Positions 18,913-30,200 of a stretch of DNA of 64,000 nt are shown one piece after another (positions within the stretch are counted from its first letter, which is position 1; every line of letters begins with the position of its first letter). Source of the DNA: Planctomycetota bacterium. GTDB taxonomy: Bacteria > Planctomycetota > UBA8108 > SXIK01. Where the stretch lies: NCBI GenBank assembly GCA_965223265.1, contig OZ244999.1, forward strand, positions 4,704,001 through 4,768,000. Direction: 5' to 3'. The notes beneath the pieces were generated by a model, which searched no databases, was not told the DNA's origin, and worked only from the letters and a program-made list of their open reading frames with translations. Position numbers and translations under genes: made by a program.

Positions 18913-19101
18913 GCCGCCACGAACGCACGTCTCGTCAACCTAACAGCCCGCCGCGGCGTCAGCAATCAGCCGGTGCTCGATCATGTCACAGTTCGCCACG
19001 AATGGAATCCGCTTGAATCGTTCGCTGTGACCAGGGACCATTCCCTCACGACTCGCGATGCCGCGAGTCGCGGCATCCATCGTGGGGTGGGCCCTGTCTC
19101 A

Positions 19102-21672
19102 ATGGTACAGCACGCACGATCCATCGTCCTCGTCAGCGTGGCGCTGACACTCGCTGTGATTGCACTCGGATGGCGCCCGCTCCGCGACGCGGCGCGGGAG
19201 TACTGGTATATCCACAAACTCGCGGCCGACGACTCGTCTGAGCGCCACCGAGCCATCGATAAGTTACGCCGGCTGGACTCCGTACGCGCCGTGCCACGGT
19301 GGATCGAAATGGCGGCAACGAACCTTCGTGCTCCGCGAGACGGGGACGATGAACTGGGCTGGGCGGCGTGGGAAGCCATGCGGCAGTTGACACGCACTCG
19401 CCCACGATCTGCTGCAGCAGCGTTCGCGCGCTGCATGCAGGACAAGGACCATACGGTACGTCAAGTGAGTGTCGAGTTTCTCGGCGCCCTCGGCGACACG
19501 CACGCTGCAGTCTTCCCGGTCCTGGAAAACGCTTTGTACGACTTGGATCCAGGCGTTCGCGCGCTCGCTGCGGCAGGAGTGCGAACGCTGCCAGAAAGCG
19601 TTCGAGAAGCGACGATTGAGCGCCTCTCCGAGCTGCTCCGCGATCCACACAATACCGTGCCTCTCGAGGCCGCGCGAGCCCTCGCGAACGCCGGCGCAAA
19701 GGCACAGTCGGCGACGTTGGCTCTTACCGACGCGCTCACCGACGCGCGCGATCGCGTCCGTGGACACGCGGCCGAAGCGCTCGTCTCGATCTATCTCGCC
19801 GTCAAGAGAGATCGACCGATCGATGAGGTCACGAGCTTTCGTACGCTCCTCGTCGATCGGCTCGTTTCGCTTCTGGGCTCTCTCGTACCGCGAACCCGAC
19901 GCGCTGCGGTTTACACTCTTGGCCGACTGGGCCCAGACGCGCGCACGGCCCTGCCGCAGGTGTTGGCACGGCTCGACGACGACAGTCCTATCGTGCGCGG
20001 ACCCGCAGCCCGCACGGTCAGCTCTCTGCTTGAAGGTAGCAGCCAAGTTGATGCGTTCGTTCTCACGGCCCTGAAACGCCTCGCGCTGAGTATCGACGCG
20101 GATCGCGAGGTATCTCGGCAAGCCGCCCGTAGCTTCGCGCGACTGATCGCTCGAACCGACAATCCCGATGCGGAGCTGAACGATCTCTTGAACTCCTGGG
20201 GTGAACTCGACGATGACCAAGTTCGCTTCCTTCTTTGCAGCGCGATCGACTCTCTGTTGCGCCTGGCACGCAGCGGCTCAACACGCTCGACAGATCCAGC
20301 GGGAGCGACCAGGCGCACAGTGGAGGCGCTCGCCGCAGCTCTCCACGAACGTGGTGGCGCTCACGCTACCCGCCGACGGCGCCGAGCTCCGTCGGGTCGC
20401 GGCTCGCTCCTGTGGGCTTGCGTTTGGCTTTTAGATGGCCTGGGTGCAGCCTCCACCGATGCTGGTGCAGCCTCCACCGATGCTGCCGTGACCGTTCGGT
20501 CGATCGCGCTGAAACACAGCTCATCGAGCATCCGCATCATCGCAGCCTGGCTTCTCGGCAAATCGGCAGGCACTCCAGAATCGGCCGCCGCTCTCACGTC
20601 ACTGCGAGAGGTGCTGCGAAGCGATCGCAGCTCACACGTACGGGCACGTGCTGCTGAGGCACTCGCGCGGCTCGCCCCGTCGGCAGTCGACGATGAGATG
20701 CTCGCGCCCTTGAGAAGAACAACTTTTCACGCCTCAATTTCGAACGCCGACCCCGGGCGACGCGAAGGCAGCGCCGAAAACTACCCGATCGACGCGGTGA
20801 AGCTACCTCCCGGATTCGCGGCGACGATTTTCTATAGCGGGATCCCAAGCCCGGACGGAGTCGCAGTGCGCGATGACAATACACTCTTCGTCGTCAACGA
20901 GAGTGACCCGACGGGAGTCTTCGTCGCCAGGCGAGGCGATTCGTTCGATCCAGCCGACGCGTTCTCGGCGATCGGCCCTCCGTTCGTCAGTCCCGACGAC
21001 ATTTTCCTTGCAGCCGACGGCACGATTTTCGTCTCCGATATCCAAGCACGCGTCGTCTTCACGCTCCCACGCTGGGGTGGGCAGCCGCTGCATTTTGCCG
21101 CGGTCGGCGCGGCATTTGCGCCGCACGGTATGGTCGAAGCGCCGTTAACGTTCCGCGGTTCGCGGGTTCGTCCTGGCGATCTCATCGTTGCAGATAACGG
21201 CTATGGTCAACCAGAAAGGTGGGCAGTGTGGGCGCTCGGCAGTTCATCGCCACGCGCGATCGCGCAAGGCCGGGTGTTTGTCGACCACGGCCCGTCGCAG
21301 GTCGCGTTCACGCCCACGCGCGAACTCATGGTGTATCAAAATCGCGATGCAGCCACAACGCGCATCGTAAAACTCGCGAGCGACGGCACGGTGACGCCGC
21401 TTGTCGTCGGCATTCGGGACCGCGGTGGCATGGACGTTCACCCCGTCACCGGCGACGTCTATTTTGGTCTACAAGAAAAGGAACGCGAAATCTGGTGGGC
21501 GCCGCCTGCGGGCGGTACAGGCACGGTTTTCGCCATCGGTTTCGACGACCGCATCCAAGATCTCCACTTTCGACGCGACGGCCGCGCGCTTTACGTCAGT
21601 GTGAGAAACCGGATCCTGGAAATCACCGGACCATTCGAACGTCACACGCCGCAGCCACGCCCGCGGCGGTAG
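19102..21672 (+). CDS. Membrane-anchored HEAT-repeat protein with C-terminal beta-propeller (SMP-30/NHL-like)
   Basis: N-terminal TM; repeated D..VR..AA.AL units; C-terminal PDGVAV, SPDDIFLAADGTIFVSD, QDLHFRRDGRALYVS. Start uncertain. Confidence 0.72.
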   Translation: MVQHARSIVLVSVALTLAVIALGWRPLRDAAREYWYIHKLAADDSSERHRAIDKLRRLDSVRAVPRWIEMAATNLRAPRDGDDELGWAAWEAMRQLTRTRPRSAAAAFARCMQDKDHTVRQVSVEFLGALGDTHAAVFPVLENALYDLDPGVRALAAAGVRTLPESVREATIERLSELLRDPHNTVPLEAARALANAGAKAQSATLALTDALTDARDRVRGHAAEALVSIYLAVKRDRPIDEVTSFRTLLVDRLVSLLGSLVPRTRRAAVYTLGRLGPDARTALPQVLARLDDDSPIVRGPAARTVSSLLEGSSQVDAFVLTALKRLALSIDADREVSRQAARSFARLIARTDNPDAELNDLLNSWGELDDDQVRFLLCSAIDSLLRLARSGSTRSTDPAGATRRTVEALAAALHERGGAHATRRRRRAPSGRGSLLWACVWLLDGLGAASTDAGAASTDAAVTVRSIALKHSSSSIRIIAAWLLGKSAGTPESAAALTSLREVLRSDRSSHVRARAAEALARLAPSAVDDEMLAPLRRTTFHASISNADPGRREGSAENYPIDAVKLPPGFAATIFYSGIPSPDGVAVRDDNTLFVVNESDPTGVFVARRGDSFDPADAFSAIGPPFVSPDDIFLAADGTIFVSDIQARVVFTLPRWGGQPLHFAAVGAAFAPHGMVEAPLTFRGSRVRPGDLIVADNGYGQPERWAVWALGSSSPRAIAQGRVFVDHGPSQVAFTPTRELMVYQNRDAATTRIVKLASDGTVTPLVVGIRDRGGMDVHPVTGDVYFGLQEKEREIWWAPPAGGTGTVFAIGFDDRIQDLHFRRDGRALYVSVRNRILEITGPFERHTPQPRPRR

Positions 21673-21916
21673 ACTCCGCCCCCGCGCACTCGCCGAAGTG
21701 GACGCCTTTTGATCGTTCCCACCGTTGCGAATGGACCCGAACCGTCATAGAATGTCCTCCAGATCACTGTAGGGCGTCTCGCGGCCGAAAACGCCGTCGA
21801 GAATCGAGAGCGCGAAAAGCGTGGCGACCCTCGGCACCATCTCGGGATGACCATCTCCGGATGACATCCTCCGGATGACTTGGAGTCGCGGACGCGCAGT
21901 TTGGGAGATCGAAGCC

Positions 21917-22888
21917 ATGAGACGGATTCGCTTCGGAGCGGGTTTCTTGGCCGCTGGCGTTGTTGGATGGGGTCTTTGGGTGTTGAGCCTCGGCGCGCTT
22001 GGGACGTCGGCGGCCAACGCCGACCAGAGAAAGGACGTGCCCGCACCGGCGTCGATTCTGGCGCAGGCCTACAAGAATTTGGTCAAGTCAGGGTCGTACG
22101 AAACAACCATCGCAATCACCGGCGGGGTGACGAAGCGCGACGACCATAAGGTGACGCACCCGACGGTACGACAGAATTACGAAGCGGCGGTGGTCACCTC
22201 GCCACGTCGACCGATCATGAAGGTCACACGGCCGCGGGCGTACCGCACACCCTCCGGCGGCGCGATCGAATCGGCCGGGATCTGGCGCAACATTCATTCC
22301 GACCGGCAGGGGAAGCGCATGGATCGACTGTTCGCGTTTCCTGAAACCGTGCTCGCTCGAGCACTGAAGCACAAGAGGGCTGCTGAGTGGGTCGAACGTT
22401 CTAAGAAAAAGAAGAAGGGCGCGAAGCGATCCAAGGGGAAAAAAGACGAGAAGCTCTCGAGCGATGCGAAGACCAAGAAGAAAGGCAAAACGTCGGTGGC
22501 CAAAGGCCGCGACGCTGAGAAGCCGCCGCTCCCCGGCTACATACGCGTCAATGCGCCGACCAAGGAAGCTCTGCAGCACTTCATTGAGGTCGAGAATTCC
22601 GGCTGCTTCGGTGGCGGCTGAGGTATCTCCAGATTCTTGTCCCGTGTGGACAAGACGATCGCCAACGCCTACTACGAGTTTCTCATCGACGACGAAACTT
22701 TGCTCCCGAAGCGCATCCGCGTCACTGTCCTGACAGGGAGAAAAGGCGGTACGGAAAAAGAAGGCAAGAAGATCGTCGGCGGCGAGCACGTGGTCTTTCA
22801 GTTCTCGTACGCGCTGAAGAAGTTCGGCAAGGTTGAAAGGCCAGAGATCCCGGCACCTGCAAAAAAGCTCCTGGCGAAAGCGAAGTAG
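21917..22888 (+). CDS. Exported protein with in-frame TGA at 22619-22621 (candidate selenoprotein, 323 aa)
   Basis: ORFs 21875-22621 and 22637-22888 share a frame and are separated by one TGA (GCFGGG-TGA-GISRFLSRVDK). Signal peptide present; hairpin just downstream. Confidence 0.6.
22635..22655 (+). promoter_or_regulatory. Putative bacterial SECIS hairpin
   Basis: Perfect 8-bp stem TCTTGTCC/GGACAAGA; loop CGTGT has G at position 2 followed by T; 21 nt between the TGA and the loop. Confidence 0.55.
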
Positions 22889-22933
22889 GTACTCCCTTTA
22901 GCCCGTCGCCGGATCGTCAGCGACGCATCGAAG

Positions 22934-22963
22934 CATGACATGGCAAATCATGACATGGCAAAT
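22934..22963. repeat. 15-bp perfect tandem duplication CATGACATGGCAAAT x2
   Basis: Read directly from intergenic sequence. Confidence 0.7.
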
Positions 22964-23404
22964 CGCTGCGACGCGACGATGATGATGTTGTTGTTGAGCG
23001 CTCGCCGTTCTGGCGACGACGCGCAGACGCCGCGACGCGAAGGGCCCGCGGCTGCAGAAGATCGTCAGCGACGATGGGCGATCTGACATCTGCGCGGCGG
23101 CAGCCTCAGCCATCGCCGCGCCGCGCCCCAGAGGACGACGACCTCGCGCGCCGGCAACGTCCCAGCAGCCGCACACCCTCGACGTCCCTTGAGAGGCTTG
23201 CAGCGATTGCTTCGAGTTTCACGATGCGCGTCGAGTCTGCCGGACGACCTACGAGATCGGGAACCGAAACTCATAGAGTCAGTTGTCCGCAGCCGGCTCG
23301 GTGCTAAGATACTGAAATCAGATATAGAGACAGCGAGCTCAGCAGTGCTGCGGCGGCGCAGGCCGTAGCAACGGCGTGCGCAAGAACCCGCGGGCGGAAG
23401 ATTG

Positions 23405-26350
23405 ATGGCGACGACTGGGACTGCACGAGGATCGCTCTGCTACTGCAGCGGCGTTGTAGTCAATACCGCGACAGCTTTTCTTGGGCTCGCGCTCGCTGCA
23501 GCGCCGGCGCTCGCCGCCGAGAGTGACCTGGTCATCTCCGAGCTCATGGCTGCGAATCGCTCGACGCTCCGCGATGCCGACGGCGACAGCCCCGACTGGT
23601 TTGAAATCCACAACCGCGGGGAAAAGTCTGTGCTCACGACCCTGTACGTCACGGACGACCCCGCCGTGCCAGCCAAATGGAAGCTCCCGCCGACACGGCT
23701 CGGCCGCGGGGAGTACCTCGTGGTCTTCGCCTCCGGAAAAGACCGCCGCGACGGCGACGAGTTCCACACGAACTTCCGTCTGCGTCGAAGCGGCGAATAC
23801 CTAGCGCTCGTGGCGGCCGACCGCACGACGGTGATCTCAGAATACAAGACTTTCCCGGCGCTCCCAGATGGCGTCTCCTACGGTCTCGATCGAAAACTAC
23901 GTCTGCGGGCGTTTCAGCGCCCGACGCCAGGAACTCGCAACGAGAACGGCATTGAGGTCGCCGCGACACCGGTTTTGACTCCAACTGGCACGCTATTCGG
24001 CTCCAAGGTCACCGTGCGCCAGATAACCGAAGCCGCGGAAACGACGTTTCGTTACACGACCGGCGGAAACGAGCCGACCCGAGGGTCACGCGTCTTTCCT
24101 GAAAAACTCGTTCTCAACTCGAGCACTCTTCTGCTCGTCAAAGGATTCCGCAAAGGAGCGCTCCCCAGCCAGACGGTGACGCGCGGCTTCATCGGCATCG
24201 ATCGCAGCCTCGCCAAAGTGAATTCGAACGTGCCGCTGATCCTGATCGACACGTTCGGGAAGCCCTTAGCCGGCAAACGGCGACAACGATTTCGGGTGCT
24301 CGAGTATCAGCCCGCGATGATGGCAGTGTTCGAACCAACCACGAAGACGGCGCGCGACGGTGACGATCGAAAGGGCAAGAACAAGGGCAAAGAAGAAAGC
24401 AAAGGCAAAGGCAAAAAACCCAAGAGGTCCACCGCTCGACTTACCCCAGGCTTGGCCGCCGACGCGTTCTCGCAGATCGCCATGAGGGTGCGCGGTGCGA
24501 GCACGGCGATCCGCAGCAAAGTGCCGAAGCGTTCATACCGAGTGGAACTGCGTCGCCCCGACGGGAGCGACCGCAAGTTGTCTCTGCTCGGCATGCCGAA
24601 GGATTCAGACTGGATCCTCTACGGCTCGCATCTTTGGGATCGCTCCCTGGTGCGCATGCCGTTTGCCTACAAGCTCAGCCGTCAGATCGGCCGCTATGCG
24701 GCCCGCACGCGGCACTGCGAAGTCTTTCTCAACCAGGACGGTGGACGCATCTCACGCGATGACTTCGTTGGCTACTACACGCTCATGGAAACGATCAAGC
24801 GCGGCAGAAAACGAGTCGACATCGAGCGCACGACAGAGTCCGACACACGCGGCGCAGGCCTTGCCGGCGGGTATCTGTTCAAGCTCGACCACATTCGCCC
24901 TCACGAGGAGCACTTCTCGGCAGGCGGCATGACGTTCTCCCACGTCTACCCAAAACGCGACAACCTCACGGCGGCACATCGCGAGTGGATTCAAAGTTAC
25001 GTCGACGGCTTCGCCAAGGCTCTGTACGGCCGCGCCTTTCGCGACGCGGGTAGGGGCTACGCCAAGTACATCGATGTCGATTCCTGGATCGATCACCACA
25101 TGTTGAACGTCCTGACCATGAACGTCGATGGCCTGCGCTTGAGTACGTATCTGTTCAAAGAGCGCTTCGGACGTCTCGCGATGGGACCGATTTGGGACCT
25201 TGATCGCACCATCGATTCGACCGACAAGCGGGATGACGATCCGATCGGCTGGAAGGGCGCGAACGACGCCACGGACTACTTCGCCTACGGCTGGTGGAAG
25301 CGTCTTTTCGAAGACCCCGACTTCATGCAGCGCTGGATCGACCGGTGGGCAGAGCTCCGCGAGGAGCAGTTCTCTGTCAAAAACATGCACGACATCCTCG
25401 ACCGTGCGGCGGACAAGCTCACGGTCGTGGCGCGGCGCAACTTCAAAAAGTATCCGACAATCGAGCCTTCGGGGGGCTGGAAGACGGAGATCGAGCGCAT
25501 GAAGGAGTGGCTGGAGGAACGCGTCGGGTGGATCGACCGGCAGTTTCCGGAGCCACCACGGTTCGGTCGCAAAGGCGGACAGATTGAGCCGGGGTTCAAG
25601 CTCGAGATGCGAGCCAAAGGCGGCAGGATTCTCTACACGCGCGACGGGTCTGATCCAAGGCAGCCCGGCGGCGGGCGCGCGAAGAGAGCAAAGGTGCTGC
25701 GTTCAGGAAAGACGATCACACTCCGGAAAAACACCAAAGTGACCGCGCGGACCTTGCAGGCATCGGGCAAGTGGAGTCCGCCACGGAGCGCAACGTTCAT
25801 AGTCTCTCCCTTGCCCGTTGTCATCACAGAGATCATGTTTCACCCCACCGCCAGAAACAGTACGGCGAACGCCGGTCCCGCCGCGAGTGCCGACGAGTTC
25901 GAGTTCGTTGAGCTGTTCAACCGCGGCACTGAGACGGTGAACCTCGCGGGCGTACGGTTTCAAAAAGGCATCGAGTTTAAGTTCCCAAAGGGAAAGAAGT
26001 CGTCACTTGAAGCCGGCGAATACGTCGTCATCGTCGGCAGTCTGGCCGCGTTCAAAAGACGCTACGGAACGCGTGGAGTTCGCATCGCCGGCGAATACCG
26101 CGGTCAGTTGAGCAACGCGGGCGAGACGCTGGAGCTCGTCGGGCCGCTGGACGAGACGATCCAGAAGCTCCGCTACCACGACGACTGGTACGAGGAAGCT
26201 GACGGCAGCGGCCGCGCGCTGACGATCCGCGACCCCCACGGTCCGCTGGAGAGCTGGAAGAAACCGGCAAGCTGGCGCGCCGCGGAGGCTTCGCCCGGGC
26301 GGGCGGCGGTCCCAAGCGAGGAGGAAGCTGCAGACGGGGCAGAGTCATGA
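23405..26350 (+). CDS. CotH kinase family protein with lamin-tail domains and chitobiase/Fn3-like domains
   Basis: LVISELMAAN..DADGDSPDWFEIHN; RVRGAST; LLGMPKDSDWIL; NVDGLRLSTY; MGPIWDLD; VVITEIMFHP. Start uncertain. Confidence 0.88.
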   Translation: MATTGTARGSLCYCSGVVVNTATAFLGLALAAAPALAAESDLVISELMAANRSTLRDADGDSPDWFEIHNRGEKSVLTTLYVTDDPAVPAKWKLPPTRLGRGEYLVVFASGKDRRDGDEFHTNFRLRRSGEYLALVAADRTTVISEYKTFPALPDGVSYGLDRKLRLRAFQRPTPGTRNENGIEVAATPVLTPTGTLFGSKVTVRQITEAAETTFRYTTGGNEPTRGSRVFPEKLVLNSSTLLLVKGFRKGALPSQTVTRGFIGIDRSLAKVNSNVPLILIDTFGKPLAGKRRQRFRVLEYQPAMMAVFEPTTKTARDGDDRKGKNKGKEESKGKGKKPKRSTARLTPGLAADAFSQIAMRVRGASTAIRSKVPKRSYRVELRRPDGSDRKLSLLGMPKDSDWILYGSHLWDRSLVRMPFAYKLSRQIGRYAARTRHCEVFLNQDGGRISRDDFVGYYTLMETIKRGRKRVDIERTTESDTRGAGLAGGYLFKLDHIRPHEEHFSAGGMTFSHVYPKRDNLTAAHREWIQSYVDGFAKALYGRAFRDAGRGYAKYIDVDSWIDHHMLNVLTMNVDGLRLSTYLFKERFGRLAMGPIWDLDRTIDSTDKRDDDPIGWKGANDATDYFAYGWWKRLFEDPDFMQRWIDRWAELREEQFSVKNMHDILDRAADKLTVVARRNFKKYPTIEPSGGWKTEIERMKEWLEERVGWIDRQFPEPPRFGRKGGQIEPGFKLEMRAKGGRILYTRDGSDPRQPGGGRAKRAKVLRSGKTITLRKNTKVTARTLQASGKWSPPRSATFIVSPLPVVITEIMFHPTARNSTANAGPAASADEFEFVELFNRGTETVNLAGVRFQKGIEFKFPKGKKSSLEAGEYVVIVGSLAAFKRRYGTRGVRIAGEYRGQLSNAGETLELVGPLDETIQKLRYHDDWYEEADGSGRALTIRDPHGPLESWKKPASWRAAEASPGRAAVPSEEEAADGAES

Positions 26351-26425
26351 CGAGGACGTTGAGCGGTCTCGGGCAAGGATCGGGATTGCGTCAGCCTCCA
26401 TCCGACTGGCAGCAGCGAACCGGTG

Positions 26426-26944
26426 TCATTTGGCGTTCGATTCCTCGAGGAAGGAGAGAAACGCACTCTCGTCGTGAATCCAGAGTGTCTGTGCGTCAAG
26501 AATCACAAGAAGCGGAAACTCTTTCTTCATGTGCTTGTAGAGATCGAGCACGTCGTACCAAGACCCCGTCATGTCGAGTTTGATGCCAAGAAGCGCGTGG
26601 CGCCGGGTTTCGGCCGACACCAGCTCGTCGAGTTGGTCCACCGAAAGAGAGCCCGCGCCGAACTCCTGCGCCCAAGTGGTGATTTTCTCCATTGAGTCGG
26701 CGGAGTGGTCGTGCACTGGATCCACGTCGAAGCCGGAGCCTGGAAACTTGATCCCGTCGCATCTCCAGTAGGATCCGTTCCGTCGCATCTCGGGGAATAT
26801 AGCCAGGTGAGCCCAGAATCGGTCTGGATCATCGACCTCGACCGAGGCAAGCAGCGGCTCGTCACCAAAGAGCCCCTCCGCATTCACTGGAAACGCACTG
26901 CCCGCAGGAACAGTGATCTGCTGAATACAAAAGTCGTAGCCCAT
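26426..26944 (-). CDS. Hypothetical protein
   Basis: GGAGG RBS; 172-aa ORF with protein-like composition; no recognised motif. Confidence 0.65.
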   Translation of the reverse strand: MGYDFCIQQITVPAGSAFPVNAEGLFGDEPLLASVEVDDPDRFWAHLAIFPEMRRNGSYWRCDGIKFPGSGFDVDPVHDHSADSMEKITTWAQEFGAGSLSVDQLDELVSAETRRHALLGIKLDMTGSWYDVLDLYKHMKKEFPLLVILDAQTLWIHDESAFLSFLEESNAK

Positions 26945-27204
26945 GGTGTCCTCCGATTGAGCCTATAGGTCCGCAGATCAATCCCGGTCCGCCCATCGGA
27001 ACGCAACATACGAATCCGACGATCTGCGCCTGAACCTGTCACTACCGGTGCACAGAATATCCAAGATTTCGAGTGTCGACGAAACCCGATGCAAGAGAGC
27101 GCCCCTTGCTACCTAGTCGCTGGAGTGAAAATGCAGGACGCTCAGGGAGACGCGCGAACCGTTTAGTGGCCGCCTCGAAGTGTGACCTACCGATGCGTGC
27201 CAGG

Positions 27205-30200
27205 TCAACGGCACAATGCCGCCGCCGCACATCCAAGCTCCCCGTCCCCCACCGTGAATCCCGCACCGCAGAGTGGAAACGGCGCTGCTGGAGCCGGGCC
27301 GCTGCGGTAGAGGTAGAGGAGCAGTCGTACCGCGTCGGCGACGCTGAGCGTCCCATCACTGTTGGCATCAGCGGCAGCGGCGCATGGCACGGCGTCGCCG
27401 CTCGAAAAGAGATAGCGTAAGAGAAAGATCACGTCGGACGGGCCGCGGAGCGCGCCGTCGCCATCGACGTCGCCGCGCACGAACGGACCGATAGCGTTTA
27501 CGGCAGTGATGTCGAAACGAAACTCGCTGAGGTCACTCCACTTGCCCGAGTCGAAATCCTGGGCGCCATCACCGCTCTCGAAAGCGGCGACTCGCAGCAT
27601 GGACGACGTAGCGATCTCGATCGCTCCACCCGTGAACACACCGCGCGCCTGAGAAAGACGCGGATCGCTGCCATCTGTTGTGTAGACGGCAGTCCACCCC
27701 TGCGGCACCGACAGCGTCACGTCGACCGGGGCCGCGGCAAACACTCCGCCCGGCGGATCCGCCACGGGGAGCACCTCGCGCCCTGGTAAATTCTCACCGG
27801 CAAGCACTTCAACCATGGAAGCGTGCTGCATCGTCATGACGTTTTTCATCTCAGCCGTCGACTCTCGCATCATGCGGAATCTTGAGTTCTCCGCTTCGCG
27901 ATCAACGGCGAGGCGAGCGAACTCGCTGTCCGCCAGCGCTAAGAGCGATTCCAAGTCGTAGACACCGCCCAAGAGCTCTCGCATCTTCAGCAAATAAATC
28001 CGCCGCAGCGTCGCGTTCCGACTGACGCGGAGGCACAGCTTATTGCGCTGCCAATCCGGGTTGTCGCCGACGCCATCGCCGTAAAGCGCGCGCAGCGCTC
28101 CAACGCGCCCGAACGTCAGACCCGAGTCGAAGTCGTAGGCCAGCTGCTTCCACTTACGCGTCTCTGCATCGCCCTCGGGGTCTCGGTAGAGGTAAAAATT
28201 GTGGCCGCCAAAGTCATCGATGTTGAGAAGGATGTAGAGCGACCAGCGCGTAAAAAACTGATCGAGATCGAAGTTGCGATCGAGCCACGGAAGGAGCTCA
28301 GCGTCGTCGACGTCGTTAAGGACGCGCGTCAGCTCTCGGATGTCATCGGGCGGCTCAAGTGGACGCATCTTCTTGTTCCAAGCGCCCCAAAAATCCAAGT
28401 CTTCAACCAGTTGATTCGTGAAAAGATCAGAGTTCTTCCACTGACTCGACGTCTCGACAGAGCGAGCCTTATAGATCTCGGTGCTTGGTGAAAGACCTCG
28501 GCTCTCTGTCCAGGTGCGATTCGGCGACTCGAACGCAATGTAGACGCCCCAGAACCCTCCATTCATTTGGACTCGCACGAGCTCTGAGCCGAGATTCTCG
28601 ATGCCGGCGCGCTCAAAGACCTGAAAGGCAAAGCGCTGCACGAACGGAATGTTGATCATGGTGTCGAGCGTGCGTTGGCCTTCGAAGAGGCGATCGCGGT
28701 TGAAACGGAACTTCCACTGGTTCTTGGCGTGCGCACGGCTGCGGCGACCGCGGCGGCGCAGGTCGATGTGCGGATAGGCGATGCCGTCAATCGCGACGCT
28801 CGCATCTTGATAATCGAGACGCGGATTCCTCGAGATCGCATCGAGCACGTCTTGTGTCACGAAGAGATGAAACACGCGCAGCTCCGTGTCGATGTCGCTC
28901 TTACCGTGAATCGAGTCATCGTGAAAGTACGCCGCGGTCGGCGACGGGTCGGAATCGTAAGGAAAAACCGTCTCGTTGCCCTCGACGTCGGCGACGCGCA
29001 CGCGGTAGTGAACCAACGTGTGGTTCGGCTGGGGCGGCAAGCGCACGCCAAAGATTCCATCGCCGGCGGCGCTGTCGCCCTGATGGCCATCGTCCACCAT
29101 GTCGACGGTGAAGACTTCCGGTTCGACGCCGAACGAATACTCGAGCGCCGCGGTGTCGAGCGCCGCGGCAGCTGTCACACGCGCCGCAATCGTCACTGCA
29201 TCAGTGGACGACGGCGTCTCGGGCGTGTGGCGGAGATCTTCGACGAGAGGTGGAAGGCCCTGCGCAAGCTGCGAGTTCGCCGCGCTCGGCGTCCCCAAGC
29301 CCGCAGCACCGGCGAGCGGCGGCGCGGGCGGCAGGAAAATCGCCGTTTGTGCCTGGATGCGCAGATCGATCGCGACGAAGTCGGGCGCCCCACCATCCTC
29401 AGGCTCGACGTAGCACTCGATGCTCTCACCTGCAAAGAGAAACGACTCGATCGGGTTGCCGTCGTCCGCCGCGATCGGCGTTGGGCTCGCGGCGCTGACG
29501 CGCGCGTCGCCAGCCACGAGCGTCCCCGACGCCAACACGTGATCGCCTTGCTGCAGACGCCACACCTGATTCGCGTCGCCGCTGGCGCGCGGCAGGTAGG
29601 CTGAGCCGGAAATGGTGACGAGGTTCTCGCCACGCGACGTCCAGCGGACGATCGACGGGCCACGCGTTGCGATCGTACCCGCAGGCAGATCGAGAAGCGG
29701 CGCCGCGCCGCTGCCGCGTAGCCAGCCGACCGCGCCGTCTTCCTCACCGCTGGTCCACGCTGCTTGCGCTGGCCCCAGGTCAGCCGGCGACCAATTCTCC
29801 GTCGGCTCCAGGATCCTCCCGTCGCCGGCAAGCAGAGACCAAGGCCCACGCGGATTGAACTCATCGCTCCAGTTGGATGCAAGACGCATGTCGCGAGGAT
29901 CGATGCCAGCCACGAGCTCGGTGCGTAGCGTGCCGGCCGCGAACCGCAGGGTCAGCCGTGGATCCCCTACAAGATGTTTGACCCAACCTGAAAGGACGTA
30001 CGGCTCACCGAGCTCCAAGTCGTCGACGCTCGGAAACTGCAGAACGTTCGCCGCATTGCCGCGTCGCGTCGCGACAAGGTGCTCGCTGCCGACACCAACC
30101 TTGGCGTCCTCGGTCGTCTGAAAACTGCCGGAGTGGCTGCCGCGTTTCGACCATCCCTCGTCGTCGGTTTCAAAACTGCCGTTCGGGAGAACGTTGTCGC

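Noticed and set aside
20443-20484. 21-bp in-frame duplication (GAASTDA x2) in the HEAT gene
   Set aside because: Simple slippage duplication in a linker, with no sign of a wider system.
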